Below are positions 36,296 through 48,606 of a DNA stretch of 64,000 nt, in pieces. The notes below the pieces were generated by a model. It was not told the origin of the DNA, did no database searches, and saw only the letters and a list, made by a program, of their open reading frames with translations. This DNA is from Heteronotia binoei. Lineage: Eukaryota. A program made the position numbers and the translations under genes. Location of the stretch: contig NC_083243.1 of assembly GCF_032191835.1 (NCBI RefSeq), forward strand, positions 80,042,001 through 80,106,000, in the 5' to 3' direction. Within the stretch, counting starts at the first letter, position 1. Each line of letters begins with the position of its first letter.

Positions 36296-37517
36296 GGCCA
36301 AACAGCACCCCCCCCCCCCCCAAGAACCAGAAGGAACAACAGCAGCACAACACAGCAGCAACAAATCAAACACAGAATCCTTTTAAAACAGTAAAAAACT
36401 TGACTTTTAACAATACAGGAACTTAACCAACCCCTCCCCCCAAAAAAACCTTCACCCTAACCCCAAGAAATCCAAGCCACCCAAATCAGGAAAAGTAAAA
36501 GGACGCTGCACTTTTAAAAGTCCTCTCACTAAAGTAAGATATAGGCAAATTGGCAACCCCCCCATCCCAGGCCTCCACCCACAGCGGAACCCCCTAACCC
36601 CAAATAAGCTACCCACCCACCCAAATCTGGATAAGTAAAGGGACTCTGAGTCTTAAAAAGTCCTTTTACTTTTATCCTAACTAAAATAAAAACAAGAACC
36701 CCAAGACTGTCTTATCTTAGATGTCTTCTCCAGGCAGGTCAGGCAAGGCTTAGAGAGAGGAGCAGCAGCTGAGGCCAAGGGTCAGCACAGCACAATCTCT
36801 CTCACACACCAACACAGCAGCAATGGAATGGAGTCCAGCCAGGCAGACTCCTTAAAAAGGTTCTCTGGCCCTACACAGAGCAGTTTCAAAAAATACCACT
36901 GCTCTGTGATTGGCCAGAGAACAGTGTTTACTTGGATACCCAAGTAAACAAAAGAACAACAATGTAGCTGATGGCTGAGGGATTAGCCCAGCCATCAGCT
37001 ACACAACAGCCCAGCAAAGCATGCATTTGCAATGTATTTTGCAAATGCATGCTTTGGATTGGCTGCTGGGGCTCCTCTCCCCCTCCCCCTCCCTCCCTGA
37101 TCCCAGGGAGGCTATGGGAGAGGCAGGAAAAGGCTTCCAAAGGCGGGAAAGGAGGCAAGCAGCTTCCCTGAGGCTGCAGAAGCTCCTTTCCCACCTTTTA
37201 CATTGAGTTCTGTATACTTCCGAATATTGATTCAGAAGTATACGGGGAGCTTTATACAGCTCCCGTATAATGCCTTCCAATTGGATTCTGAAGTATACGG
37301 TGCCATATACTTCCAAATCAGGGGGTATTCGGTGGTCTATTTGGTTCGGCCGAACCAAATGGATACCCCTAATCTGGATGAACCAACCATTAGTCATGTG
37401 TTGGCCTGGATAACTGAAGGAAGGTTCAAGATAATTGAAACCCTGTAGAGATCTGTATCTTCCTAAACTAAGGCACTTGTCCTATATTTTAACATCTGAT
37501 AGGGCATGTAACTCCTG

Positions 37518-37678
37518 CCCACTCACACCTCTCCTATACCTGCATTACACTGATGACATTTTTGGTCTGGCCACATGGTGAAGAAGCCATGGACATATTC
37601 CACCAAGCATCAGTGACTTACACCCCACTATCACCCTGACAGTGAACTAATCTATACAAGAAATACATTTCCTAGAAA
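37518..37678 (+). pseudogene. Penelope-like RT fragment (catalytic motif region)
   Basis: LLYLHYTDDIF..WPHGEEAMDIFHQ...LHPTITLTVN*SIQEIHFL matches the PLE YIDDIF...HPTI...IHFLD pattern. Confidence 0.75.
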
Positions 37679-37680
37679 AA

Positions 37681-37977
37681 AAGGTAAAGGTAGTCCGCTG
37701 TGCAAGCACCAGTTGTTTCCAACTCTGGGGTGACATTGTATCATGATGTTTTCATGGCAGACTTTTTACGGGGTGGTTTGCCATTGCCTTCCTCAGTCAT
37801 CTACACTTTCTCCCCAGCAAACTGTGTACTCATTTTACCAACCTCGGAAGGATGGAAGACTGAGTCAACCTTGAGCCAGCTACCTGAACCCAGCATCCGC
37901 CGGGGTTGAGCTCAGGTTGTGAGCAGAGAGCTTGAACTGCAGTACTGCAGCTTTACCACTCTGTGCCACGGGGCTCC
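37681..37977 (-). mobile_element. Sauria SINE (Squam1-type)
   Basis: Close similarity to 13772-14063. Confidence 0.9.
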
Positions 37978-39829
37978 TATTTTTCTAGAAACCACTATAC
38001 AAAAAAGACAAATGTGATTTTGGGTTTTATCAACCAAAGTACAGTGCCCAGATCATGCAAAGTGATGGTGCTCTCTAATATAACAGTTATGCTAATCAGA
38101 GAACTTTGTAGACTTTCAGTTTTCATGATAAGTCTTTGGGAAAGATGACCTCACACTGAATCTACCTGCTATTAGGGGCTGGTTACTGTGTAAAAAAAAC
38201 CATCCTTTACCACTTTTTCTGGCAGGCATGAGCCATTTCTGCCTTGTCTTCTCCCTCCCATTTGCTGGATAGAAGAAACTATTTGTGGAGCCAGTGGTCA
38301 GAAGCATTTTGTGAATCAATATTTATAAAGCCACACTCTGAACGCTATTTCACACCTCATTGGACAAAAAGCATCCTCGGTTTCAGCGGATCCCTGACCT
38401 TGTTGATGACAGAAGGGCTTCTTTAGGACAATGGTGGCCACCCAGCTAGAGTCCAGAGTGTATAAATGCAGTCCCACATTGCTCGCTACTTAACCTATCT
38501 CCTGCCTTCATCCCCACTCCAACCATCTGCAGTCAAAGCCAGAGGCAGGAATTGCTTTATGACCCCTATGTTTAACTGTCATTAACTGCTCTCAACAAGA
38601 TGCACACTCATTAGGGGCAGTTGAGCTGTGTGGTACAGGGCACATTAAACCATCAATGCTCCCCCTCCAGGGAATTAACTTTGTTTGTGCTTTTAATTAG
38701 AATTGATTGGCTTATCTCTGGAGCATAGGAAATGGATCCACAGCAATTCCATTAAAAACAAAACAAAAGAAACAGTTATGGAGACTGAAGAAGACACATC
38801 AGGAGCAAAACAAGGCAGGAGGGAACCCAGAGATATGACAGACTTTTATTCCAGATGTTCCAATAAGCACACAGCAGAGCACAGACAACCTCCCCAACAG
38901 AGAAAGGGCTGTGTTTCTGCTAAAGCTATATTATAAAACACATACTTCTAGAGCATACAAACATGAGAAGACGCATACAAATAAGGGATAATCTCTGGAA
39001 GCATATGTTTGTGTACTTAGTTATGACCAAATATGTCGCAGCTATTCTATGCACACAAAACAAAGATGGGGTTTATTGTGGACAGAACTTAACTATGCAT
39101 TATGTTATGTTTGTTGATTTGTTTTATTTATTTATTTTATGCAAACTTTATTTTAAATGTTATTTTAGTATTGAAATGTTGAACCTATAGCCCTTTTTGT
39201 TATGGACATATAGGGGCTAGGTTCCCTTCAAGGCACACCAACCTGCACTGACACACCGATCCCCCACCCCCCCATAAAGGGAGTCCTCATCTGGCAGTCT
39301 TCTTGTCTGTGCTGCTTTCGCTCAAGGTTCTCTGACCTGGGAGAAATTCTGCGGAGAACTGTGCTGTTGCCTGCCAGCTGCCCTTCCTGATCCTGAGATG
39401 AGTCACCTGGTTGCTTGCTCTGCCTTGTGGAGGGGAGTACAAGGCTTGAGGTGCCATGTATGGAGGTTGGGTAGAGAGCACAGGTCATGATCCATGGAGG
39501 ATTGCTGGCCTTTGTGTGGTGGTGTAGCAGCAAGGGAAGGCAGGCTTCTCTGAGGAGCACACACACCGCTGCTCTCATCTTACCGGATTTGTGCTCACAG
39601 ATCTAGAAGGGGAGAGTGGCAGTGCAGCGGCAGCATGTGCTCTCCTTGCCATGACAAAGGAAGGCAGGTTCCTCGAAGAAGTGCACTGGTCATGCCTTCC
39701 CAGGTGCAGGCGGCAGGGCAGGAAGTTGGGGCGGGGAGGCCTTGCCTAAGGCAGCCGAAACCCTAGCACTGGCCCTGCCCCTGCAATGGGGGCTGGCTTG
39801 GCTTGGTGAAGGGATTTAAAGAGAAGCAA

Positions 39830-40125
39830 TTGGGAAACTGAATATAAAACAGAATTATGTACAAGTGATGAATATGTTATTGCTAAAATGTATACACTCT
39901 TATTGAAATTTGAGACAGAGGATGAATGAGTGAAAGCGTCTGTGATAAAATGGGCCAAAAACCTTTGATATAATATACAAATGGAACAATGGGAAAATAC
40001 GTGGATGAAGGGTCTTAAATTTATGCCGAGCTCTGGTATTGAAGATAATTTTTATAAAATGATGTAGCAATCATCTATGACAGCAGAAAAATTAGTGAAA
40101 ATGTATAAAAATTCCAGCAAAGAAC
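39830..40125 (+). pseudogene. Decayed L1 ORF2 C-terminal fragment
   Basis: DEYVIAKMYTLLLKFETEDE*VKASVIKWAKNL*YNIQMEQWENTWMKGLKF resembles the squamate L1 region preceding the CCHC motif. Confidence 0.65.
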
Positions 40126-43100
40126 TCTCTCTCCAGAAAACCCCCCTAGCACCACCTCTGTGAATCAAGTTGCAAAGGAACAAGATGGCCAGTGTGACCA
40201 CTGTTGTGCAACAGACTATGCTGCCAGAGCAGGCCTTTTTTCTGGAGAGAGAAAAGGGAAAATGATTCTGGACCTTGAACAAAGATGGCTTTGCAAAATA
40301 CACTAAATGTAAGCAACATTTAGTTCATCGTAACACTTAGGACATGGCAACATAGAGGCCACAGAAGCTGTCTTCAGCAATATTCTGAAGAGATATCTAC
40401 TTCTCAACCACATTGTTGCTGTGAGTCCGTCATGTAATGTTCCATCCCACTGACTCCTGGAAGAAAGACTCATATTTCCAGGGACACTTATCAAGAGTAT
40501 TGGAAACAAAAGTCACAGTTCAATTTTTCTGTGACTAATTATTTCACAGACAGTCCATCCATACTGGGCTTGCAATTAACTGTATTGTGTCCTTCCAGGG
40601 CATGAGCACCACCAGTGACATGCAAAGACACTCTTTTTATGCCAAAAAACATATTAGTTTAGACCTAGGTCCTCCTCCACATTCTCCTAACTAGCCCACT
40701 GCTCCTTGGAGCTTTCAAGGCTAAGAAAAGTCCCTGTATTCCCCAGGGTTTGTGCCAACCTGAGGTGGCTTTGGCATACCTTGGCGACAACAGCAGAAAT
40801 TGACTGTCATAGGAGCCACCATCAGACCAGGCACTATTGAAGGAGAAGGACGTTTATGATTGGGAACAATAAATCTAAAGGAAAAAATCCACGTTAGATG
40901 AATTTATGTTATATGATTGATACTGTTTGTTCACAATTTTAGCCACATTGGTGAGGCAATGTCACAAATATTTTTCAAAAATATTTTTTCAAAAAGTTGT
41001 CTCCCAAATTTGTCCTGGGAGAACCTCACTTTCAAGCAGCTGGCACAAGAACTACACTTTGGACCAGAACACAGCATATGTCCTCTTGGAGAGAGCAGAG
41101 TCCGCCTTTGAACATGGTGGTATATGGCATGTGGCAGTCTGACCCTAATTTCAGTGTATACAGGGCATGCAGTTTTTCCAGCTCTTTAAACAAATCTCCT
41201 TTGGAATAAAGACCTCTTGGTCCAAATAGAAGTTTGTGGTGCCAGAACCAGTGTTTGGACTGTGCACCACTGCATGTCCTCTTTCAGAGGACAGTCTCCA
41301 GAGTGTGGGGATGTGTTGTTTGGGGTGGTCCAAAGATTGCTTTGGGGTGCAGCCTGCCTCAGTGTCTGCTTGTGTGATAGTTCTGGGGGTACTCTGCTTT
41401 GGAGCAGCTGGCATGAGAACTGTGCTTTGGACCAGGAAATACCATATGTCCCCTCAAAGGGAAGAGTTCCATGAATGTGGGGGTGTATGATTTATGGTGG
41501 TCCATACCTTATTTTGGGGTTCAGAGCTTTTAAATTAGCCTCAGTGGTTTTGGCTGAATTCATGAATAAGTCACAAATAAGGAACTGGGAACCAACTTTA
41601 GCCTCCTGTATTGCAGTACCTTCTTTCCATACTGCATCTGTACGATGAGCCAGACTCAACTGTTGAGTCCATTTACCCTGACCTTTCCAGAGCTTGACTC
41701 CGGGACCATGGTGTGACCACTTTAAGTTATCAACTATGAGGTTTCCCAGACTGCCAGCTAGTCATGTGGCCTAAGCAGCATAAGCAGCTTTCCAATTCAA
41801 TAAACTGTAATAATAACGTGATGACTCCTGAGAGATGAGCGCCTTATTTTCTTGAAATGAAGACCTCCTGATTTCAATTTTGCTTCCTCATGCTGCTGAC
41901 TCAATCACAGAAAAGATCAGATGACCGGTTTGGGGGGACAGACTGAAGTGTCTTGTTCCCTGTTAGTGAAAGTTTAAATGCGCCTTCTCCTTTTTTTGTT
42001 TCCATTCCACTGTCTGCATAGCTTCCTCAATTAAACAATTACCTGACTTTCTAGGTCAGTTCTTGAGTAAAAGCAGAGAGAAATTCTCATTGAAGGATGG
42101 TGATTCAGAGAAGGGCAGACAGGGATTGAGAAAGATCAATGGAATCATGTCAATTAGGACAATTGAAGATGACTACCAACATCCAAGCTTAATGCAACAG
42201 ACATTTTTATTTTTCATTGATAAGTATTTCAACAGATGTTTGAGTATATCTGTCTTTGTATATTACATACATGTAATAGGCACCTCCTGGATATTCCTGT
42301 GCAGAGGAAAACCCAGGTGGTGATTAATTACAATGGTGTGATATTTAACAACATGTGAATCTGTTCTTAGCATTTTGGAAATCAATACAGGGCTGTGTGA
42401 CTGGCATTTTATAATTTAAACTATTTAAGATAATTTGTGTATTTTAAATTGGGATTAAGAGTTCCATCAATGTTTAACTGTAATGATTGTTACACATTAA
42501 GGACTGTTAGTAGTAAAATGGGTAGATTCTACTTCAACAAATCTAATGAACAGTAAGCCTCTAGGAAAAATGAGCCTGTAGCAACACGTCGGTTCTAACT
42601 GAACACACACTTAAGTTTCTACTTTACAGGTTGCTAAAATTTGCCATACTATATACCAACTCATTGTAAACTGACACAGAGGGTGTGAAGGCAGGTAGCA
42701 TCTTTGAGAAAAATCATAGTGTCTGATCATAGAAAGTTACTTCATTTCAGCACAGGAAATGGACAGCCTACTGAATATGAGTGCGTGAAATAAGAAAGTC
42801 CTAAGTAAATCTTTCCTAATAGGATAACCTGTAAATCTAATGGTTAGAAATTGAATCTACACACTTAGTACAAAATTAGTCACATCAATTCATACCTTGG
42901 GGAATTCTGCCAAAAAATTAGGGAGAGGAAAAAATTAGGAAGAGGGAAAAATATTATTAGAATACTAAGCAATCAGAAATGTCTTTAGGAAAGGAACTGA
43001 AGTGAGGAAGAAGCTCTACAACATTAATCTCTTGAAAGAAAAGGCAACCTCAGAAATGGAGATCCAGATCAGACACCAAGAACATTGAGGGTTATAAATT

Positions 43101-43922
43101 ATTTGTTTCAGATGAGGCATAAAACTGAAAGCCTTGCTCCTTTGGGTCATTACAGATTACGCAGAATGTTTTTTGCAAGGCTTTACAGTTCATTCCAATT
43201 ACCTGTGGTTATTCCAGTATAGGAAACTTCCTGACATTTATAAACATATGAAATGGATATTCTTCATTGGAATCAAGTGAACCAGTGATGTGGCACCACT
43301 GACAGAACATCATTTGACTTCCCTGAGAAGTCTAGTAATGGCAATGCTTTGGACTTCTTTCTTGACACATTTATGTCAAGATTTTCACAATGTTAATGGG
43401 CATTAATTAAGTTAATCCTCTCTTCTGTTCCACAGAAGTCAAACAAAAGGAGATGCACAGTCCCCACCCTCTTTATAAACTGTGTAAACTGAGAGATATT
43501 ACATACTTTAGAGCAGATCTGAAAGATCTTGTACTCCAAGAAGCCTAACAAAACACACCACATATATATGGTAGTTCACCAAGAGATTGATAAACCTCAT
43601 GCTTTATTGGGTGATCACAGACTTGCACTTTGGGATGACTCAGAGACAGCTCTGAAATTGACCCCAAAAAATCCTTCCACACACAAACATCTGCTGCCCG
43701 TCCACATCCTACACTCACCCCATCCTCCCATGGCCTCAGAGTGGCTCCAAAAGCTACCACTTGGAGAAGTGGTAGCAAATATTTGAGCCACATGTCTGTC
43801 ACCTCCTTGGCAACTGGAAGCAGAAGGGCACAAGTGAGGCACCCCAAGCTGTTTCCGGCTTTATTTTTAAACACCTTGCCAGAGCACATGAGTGCACAAG
43901 TGCTTGACTCTTGGGGGGTGGG

Positions 43923-45370
43923 TAGGGTGACCATAATGTCTGAAGGCCAGCCAGGGACACGTTGGGGGGGGGGGGGAAGGTAGGGGTGACGTCACTTCCG
44001 GTGACGTCATGCCACCACAGGAAACAGGAAGTGACATCACTTCCTGTGGCATCATTTCCCCGCGTCACCTGCCGGAAATGGGAAGTGACATCATTTCCCC
44101 CAAATGACATCATTTCCCCCAAATGCCACTGCCGGAAACAGGAAGTGACTTCACAGCACTTCCTGTGACATCCCCAAAAATCCCCCAAATATCACCGCCG
44201 GAAACAATTTTGTTCTGAAATCCTGTATATACTTCATCAGTATATGGGATAAGGCACTTTCTCAACTGTGCTGCATAATGCAGCCTATTTATTTTGTCCT
44301 GTTTGCTCTGTTGGCTCTATCTGCGCCACCTTCATCACTTTCGGGGTGTGGATCCCCCAGTGGGGTGCTCTCCCGACTCCCTCCGCCGGCTGTTTCTGAT
44401 AGCCCTGCGCCCCCTCTTTCATTTGATATGTGTCCCGTGCGGGTGCCACCCTCCCGCCGGGAGATGCCGCAAAATGAGCCCCCTTGAGGCTTATGGCGGC
44501 AGGGCTCGGGGGAAGCGAGCTAGACTGCTGTTCTTTTGAGGGGTTATAGAGTGTTTCGAGCCCGTCCCTGTGGCATCGGTCCCATCGTTGTGGGGCCCAG
44601 GGGGCCGGCGCAGCGGCACGCCGAAGCAGCCTGTCACTAATAACACAGGTCGAGATGCAGGACAGGAACCCGGAAGTGACCGACAGGCTGCTTCAGCGTG
44701 CCAGAGGGCCTCCAGGGACCAGCGGAGGCCGCGGGGAGGCCTTCGCTGGTCGGCGCTGGTCCCGGAAGGCCTTCCAGAGGCTCTGGAAGGCCTTCCGGGA
44801 CCAGCGCCGGGTGCTCCGCGGCGTCCCCGCGGCCTCCGCTGGTCCCTGGAGGCCCTCCAGAGACTCTGGAGGGCCTCCAGGGACCAGCGGAGGCCGCGGG
44901 GAGGCCTTCGCTGTTCGGTGCTGGTCCCGGAAGGCCTTCCAGAGGCTCTGGAAGGCCTTCCGGGACCAGCGCCGGGTGCTCCACGGCGTCCCCGCGGCCT
45001 CCGCTGGTCGGCGCTGGTCCCGGAAGGCCTTCCAGAGGCTCTGGAAGGCCTTCCGGGACCAGCGCCGGGTGCTCCGTGGCGTCCCCGCGGCCTCCGCTGG
45101 TCCCTGGAGGCCCTCCAGAGACTCTGGAGGGCTTCTAGCGACCAGCGGAGGCCGCGGAGAGGCCTCCGCCACCACTGCCGGCCCCGCGCGCAGGCGCAGG
45201 GACGCTCCCTCCCTCACTCGCCGCCTTCCCCGCCGGCGCCCGCGGCTCACCGCCTCCGGGGCTGGCTAAACCGGGACCTTTAATGGTCCCGGTATAGGCA
45301 GCCCGGGAGCCGGGATTGGGTGGCCAGAACCGGGAATGTCCCGGGAGACCGGGACGGTCTGGCCACCCTA
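43923..45370. mobile_element. Young non-autonomous hAT element (1448 bp)
   Basis: TAGGGTGACC...GGCCACCCTA TIRs, perfect 8-bp TSD GGGGTGGG (43915-43922 and 45371-45378), and CpG retained. Confidence 0.9.
44704..45160. repeat. GC-rich tandem array of perfect palindromes
   Basis: 165-bp period plus a 93-bp internal duplication, with alternating 26-bp and 38-bp-arm palindromes that have 1-nt loops. Confidence 0.95.
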
Positions 45371-46340
45371 GGGGTGGGGGAGAGCAATCCGGCTTCTAAG
45401 GCACCTCCCATCTGAATGCACCAAGTTGCCTTGGAGACCGGATGGGGCCACCTTGCCGGGGAGCATGTGGAGGCTTGCCAGGGAGCGTGTGGATTTGGAA
45501 CACTTCCCATCCACCCCAAATTGCCCATCTGTAATCACCCATTGTGACCTTCTTGGGACTAAACAAGCAAACATCAAGGGCCATTTGCATGTCTGCATTT
45601 GCATGTCCTGTACAAGGATTTATGGTTCATATTGTTTAGGTCGGCTTCAGAGTTCATGTTTATTAATGAGGATGAAACCAGCCCCCTGGCTGGTAGATAA
45701 CCCCTCAAGAGGTACTAATTTTGTCTGTAGAAGATCAGTGCTGGGATAATACTGATGAATTGGCATAGATATGTGTATGAGAGAAAAATTGTTCTGTCTA
45801 GCAATCTTCACCCCCAATAAACCATCAGTGCCATGATCATTCTTGCATGTAAGTGCATAAAACTGTAATACAGATTATCTGTTATCTTTGGAGAGAGACT
45901 TAGTGCAGGCAGCCATTCCTACCCCCTTATAGATCAGCAATGTGTCATTGCCACTGGTGCCACAGCATTGTCCTGTTAAGCTGGCCAGGAGATGGAAGAG
46001 ATGTGCCTCTGGCAGGCACACACACCCCAACTGTTACACTTAGCTCATGTTCCTGCCACACAACGTCATCCCCATCTATGCATGGAAATACCTATCACAT
46101 GGCTGCCTTAGGGAAGGAATCTGTCCATTTTGTTTAAAGTGAGAATCTAGTTATTAAAAAAAACAAAGCATGAAGCATGCAGACAAAGGAAGGTGAAGCC
46201 AGGATGCTCTCATATCTTATCTTGCTGTGTTCTGCTGTTTCGGACATTTAGCTTTTCCCACATAAGTCCACTAGCTCCTTCATGAATACTGGGAAGTACG
46301 TTAAATAAGTTAGAACCAAGCTAGAAGAAACAAACTAAAA

Positions 46341-46652
46341 TAGGAGTCCCCAACATGGTGCCTCTGGGAGCCACAGCATCTGCTGACAGCTTTTCTGGTA
46401 CTCACCAAGTGTTTTTAGGAGGTGAGTGGAGCCAAGTAGGGCTTTTGCCCAGCAAAGCTTCTGATTGGCTGTGCAGCTTTTCAAAAATGCTGTCACCATA
46501 GCATAAGGTTCTTCACTGTGTGACTGCAGTTAAACGGAGTCAATCATTTGTGGCCATCTCTATCTCCTTTGGCAGCCATTTAATTGCAGTTCTCACCACA
46601 CTGTAGCAGAACTCCAAAAGTGCCCACCAGCTCAAAAAGATTGGGGACCCCC
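46341..46652. mobile_element. hAT MITE, uninterrupted relative of the element at 47581-55802
   Basis: TAGGAGTCCCCAAC...TTGGGGACCCC ends. Shares GCTTTTGCCCAG..CTGATTGGC and CTTCACTGTGTGACTG with the L1 host element. Confidence 0.75.
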
Positions 46653-47619
46653 ATGATAAAACAAATGAAGGTAGTGTGCCATTCATGTATGGGTGAAGGG
46701 CTTAGCATTGCTGTTTCCAGTTGTTTCAATTTCTGTTCAAGCTCTGCTGCAACAGAAGCCTATCAGTGGAAAAGGATGGAGGAAGGAAACATCACTATGT
46801 CACTGTATGTCCGCTCTATATGGAAGAGTTTAAATACCTTGTAAAATGGGGATCATATCTTCTGACTGAAAATTTAGAGGAAGGATTCCTTGGGTAAGGG
46901 AATACAATCTTTTTCATCCCAGTTCTTACAGATGGAAAAGTGTTTTCAAAACAATATAAATGTTACTCAGATAAGATTCAATCACAAGCCCAATTTACCA
47001 ATATTAAAGAATGCAAACAAAAATTTTAATGAACAAAACAAGCCAAATTGGGGGGATGGGGAGATCTGTACACCTTACTATATAACAGTAAAGAAAACAA
47101 AGTGCTAATGTCAGCAAAACTCTCTAAACAGCGGAAGTAAGCTCCATACTATTGGCAAACACACATTGCAAAGGAACCTCATCCCATTCGAAAGCAATAA
47201 ACCTTCTGGCTGCAAATCACAGCATCATCTATTGAAGACATGAAATATTGAAGCAATAAAGCTGAGTAGGTTTATTCCAGTCAAAGTGCAAAAGGACATC
47301 CTGGGAACATTAACCCTTAGAGATTGTGGACATTTATCCACATGTATGACTCCTCACTCTTCATCCCCTTTGAAGAATGAAAGGCTGTGATTCAGTTCTA
47401 AAACAAAAGCCATCCCAGGCTCAAGCTTGACTGCAAGAAACATCCTCCAATCTACCCCACTCCTAAATATGTGCAGACTAACCATTGTTACTTAGTAGTG
47501 AGACATTTCTTTTAAATTCAAGAGGAATTCTGAGTGCAGGTACTATGTGCAAAACAAACTACTCATCAGATTAACTAGTACAGGGATCCCCAATGTGTGG
47601 CATCTTTCTTGGCACCAAC

Positions 47620-48227
47620 CCATTCTTGGATATTATAGCATTGGAGAAAGTTCAGAAAAGGGCAACTAGAATGATTAAAGGGCTGGAACACCTTCCATAT
47701 GAAGAAAGGTTGAAACGCTTAGGGCTCTTTAGCTTGGAGAAACGTCGACTGAGGGGTGACATGATAGAGGTTTACAAGATAATGCATGGGATGGAGAAAG
47801 TAGAGAAAGAAGTACTTTTCTCCCTTTCTCACAATACGAGAACTCGTGGGCATTCGATGAAATTGCTGAGCAGACAGGTTAAAACGGATAAAAGGAAGTA
47901 CTTCTTCACCCAAAGGGTGATTAACATGTGGAATTCACTGCCACAGGTGGTGGTGGCGGCCACAAGCATGGCCACCTTCAAGAGGGGGTTAGATAAAAAT
48001 ATGGAGCAGAGGTCCATCANNNNNNNNNNNNNNNNNNNNNNNNNNNNNNNNNNNNNNNNNNNNNNNNNNNNNNNNNNNNNNNNNNNNNNNNNNNNNNNNN
48101 NNNNNNNNNNNNNNNNNNNNNNNNNNNNNNNNNNNNNNNNNNNNNNNNNNNNNNNNNNNNNNNNNNCAGAATGTTGGACTGGATGGGCCATTGGCCTGAT
48201 CTAACATGGCTTCTCTTATGTTCTTAA
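47620..48227 (+). mobile_element. CR1 LINE 3' end (spans the assembly gap)
   Basis: ALEKVQKRATRMIKGLEHLPYEERLKRLGLFSLEKRRLRGDMIEVYKIMHG...NSLPQ, ending CTTCTCTTATGTTCTT. Confidence 0.95.
48020..48166. other. Assembly gap (147 N)
   Basis: Run of N. Confidence 1.
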
Positions 48228-48606
48228 CCCAATGTTTTTAGAAAGTGGGTGAGACCAGGTGGTGCTTTTGCCCAGAAGGGATTCTGATTGGCAGAGCAAA
48301 TTTCTTTTTAAAAATTGTTTTCAGCAGCATCTGTCACTGCAGCACAAAGATCTTCACTGTGTGACTGAAGGTTTTTTTTTTTTTTCCCTTTTCAATATTC
48401 ATCATTTATTGAGATTAGTATATATAACAGATCCATAGTAATAATAAGTATTTAACAATTAAACAAACAAAAATTGCATCGTTCATAATTATCCACTCAT
48501 CCAACACCCTGTGACCCATCACCCTTGTTGCCCATACTTATCTATCACTGCCTATTGTATGCCTAATACTTGATATAGCTCTCTGGACCACCTTGGCCCC
48601 CACAGC

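Larger units (their letters stand above)
30998..37371 (-). mobile_element. Large hAT DNA transposon (about 6.4 kb), decayed autonomous type
   Basis: Ends TAGGGGTGTGCA and TGGATACCCCTA (10/12 TIR match), subterminal TATACGG/TTCGG repeats at both ends and an internal transposase. No matching 8-bp TSD. Confidence 0.8.

Noticed and set aside
44704-45160. Palindromic repeats as a CRISPR-like array
   Set aside because: No unique spacers, no cas genes, and the array lies inside a vertebrate hAT element with a TSD.
44570-45283. Five overlapping long ORFs (115-237 aa) on both strands
   Set aside because: They arise from the stop-poor, GC-rich palindromic array. The peptides are repetitive and have no domain.
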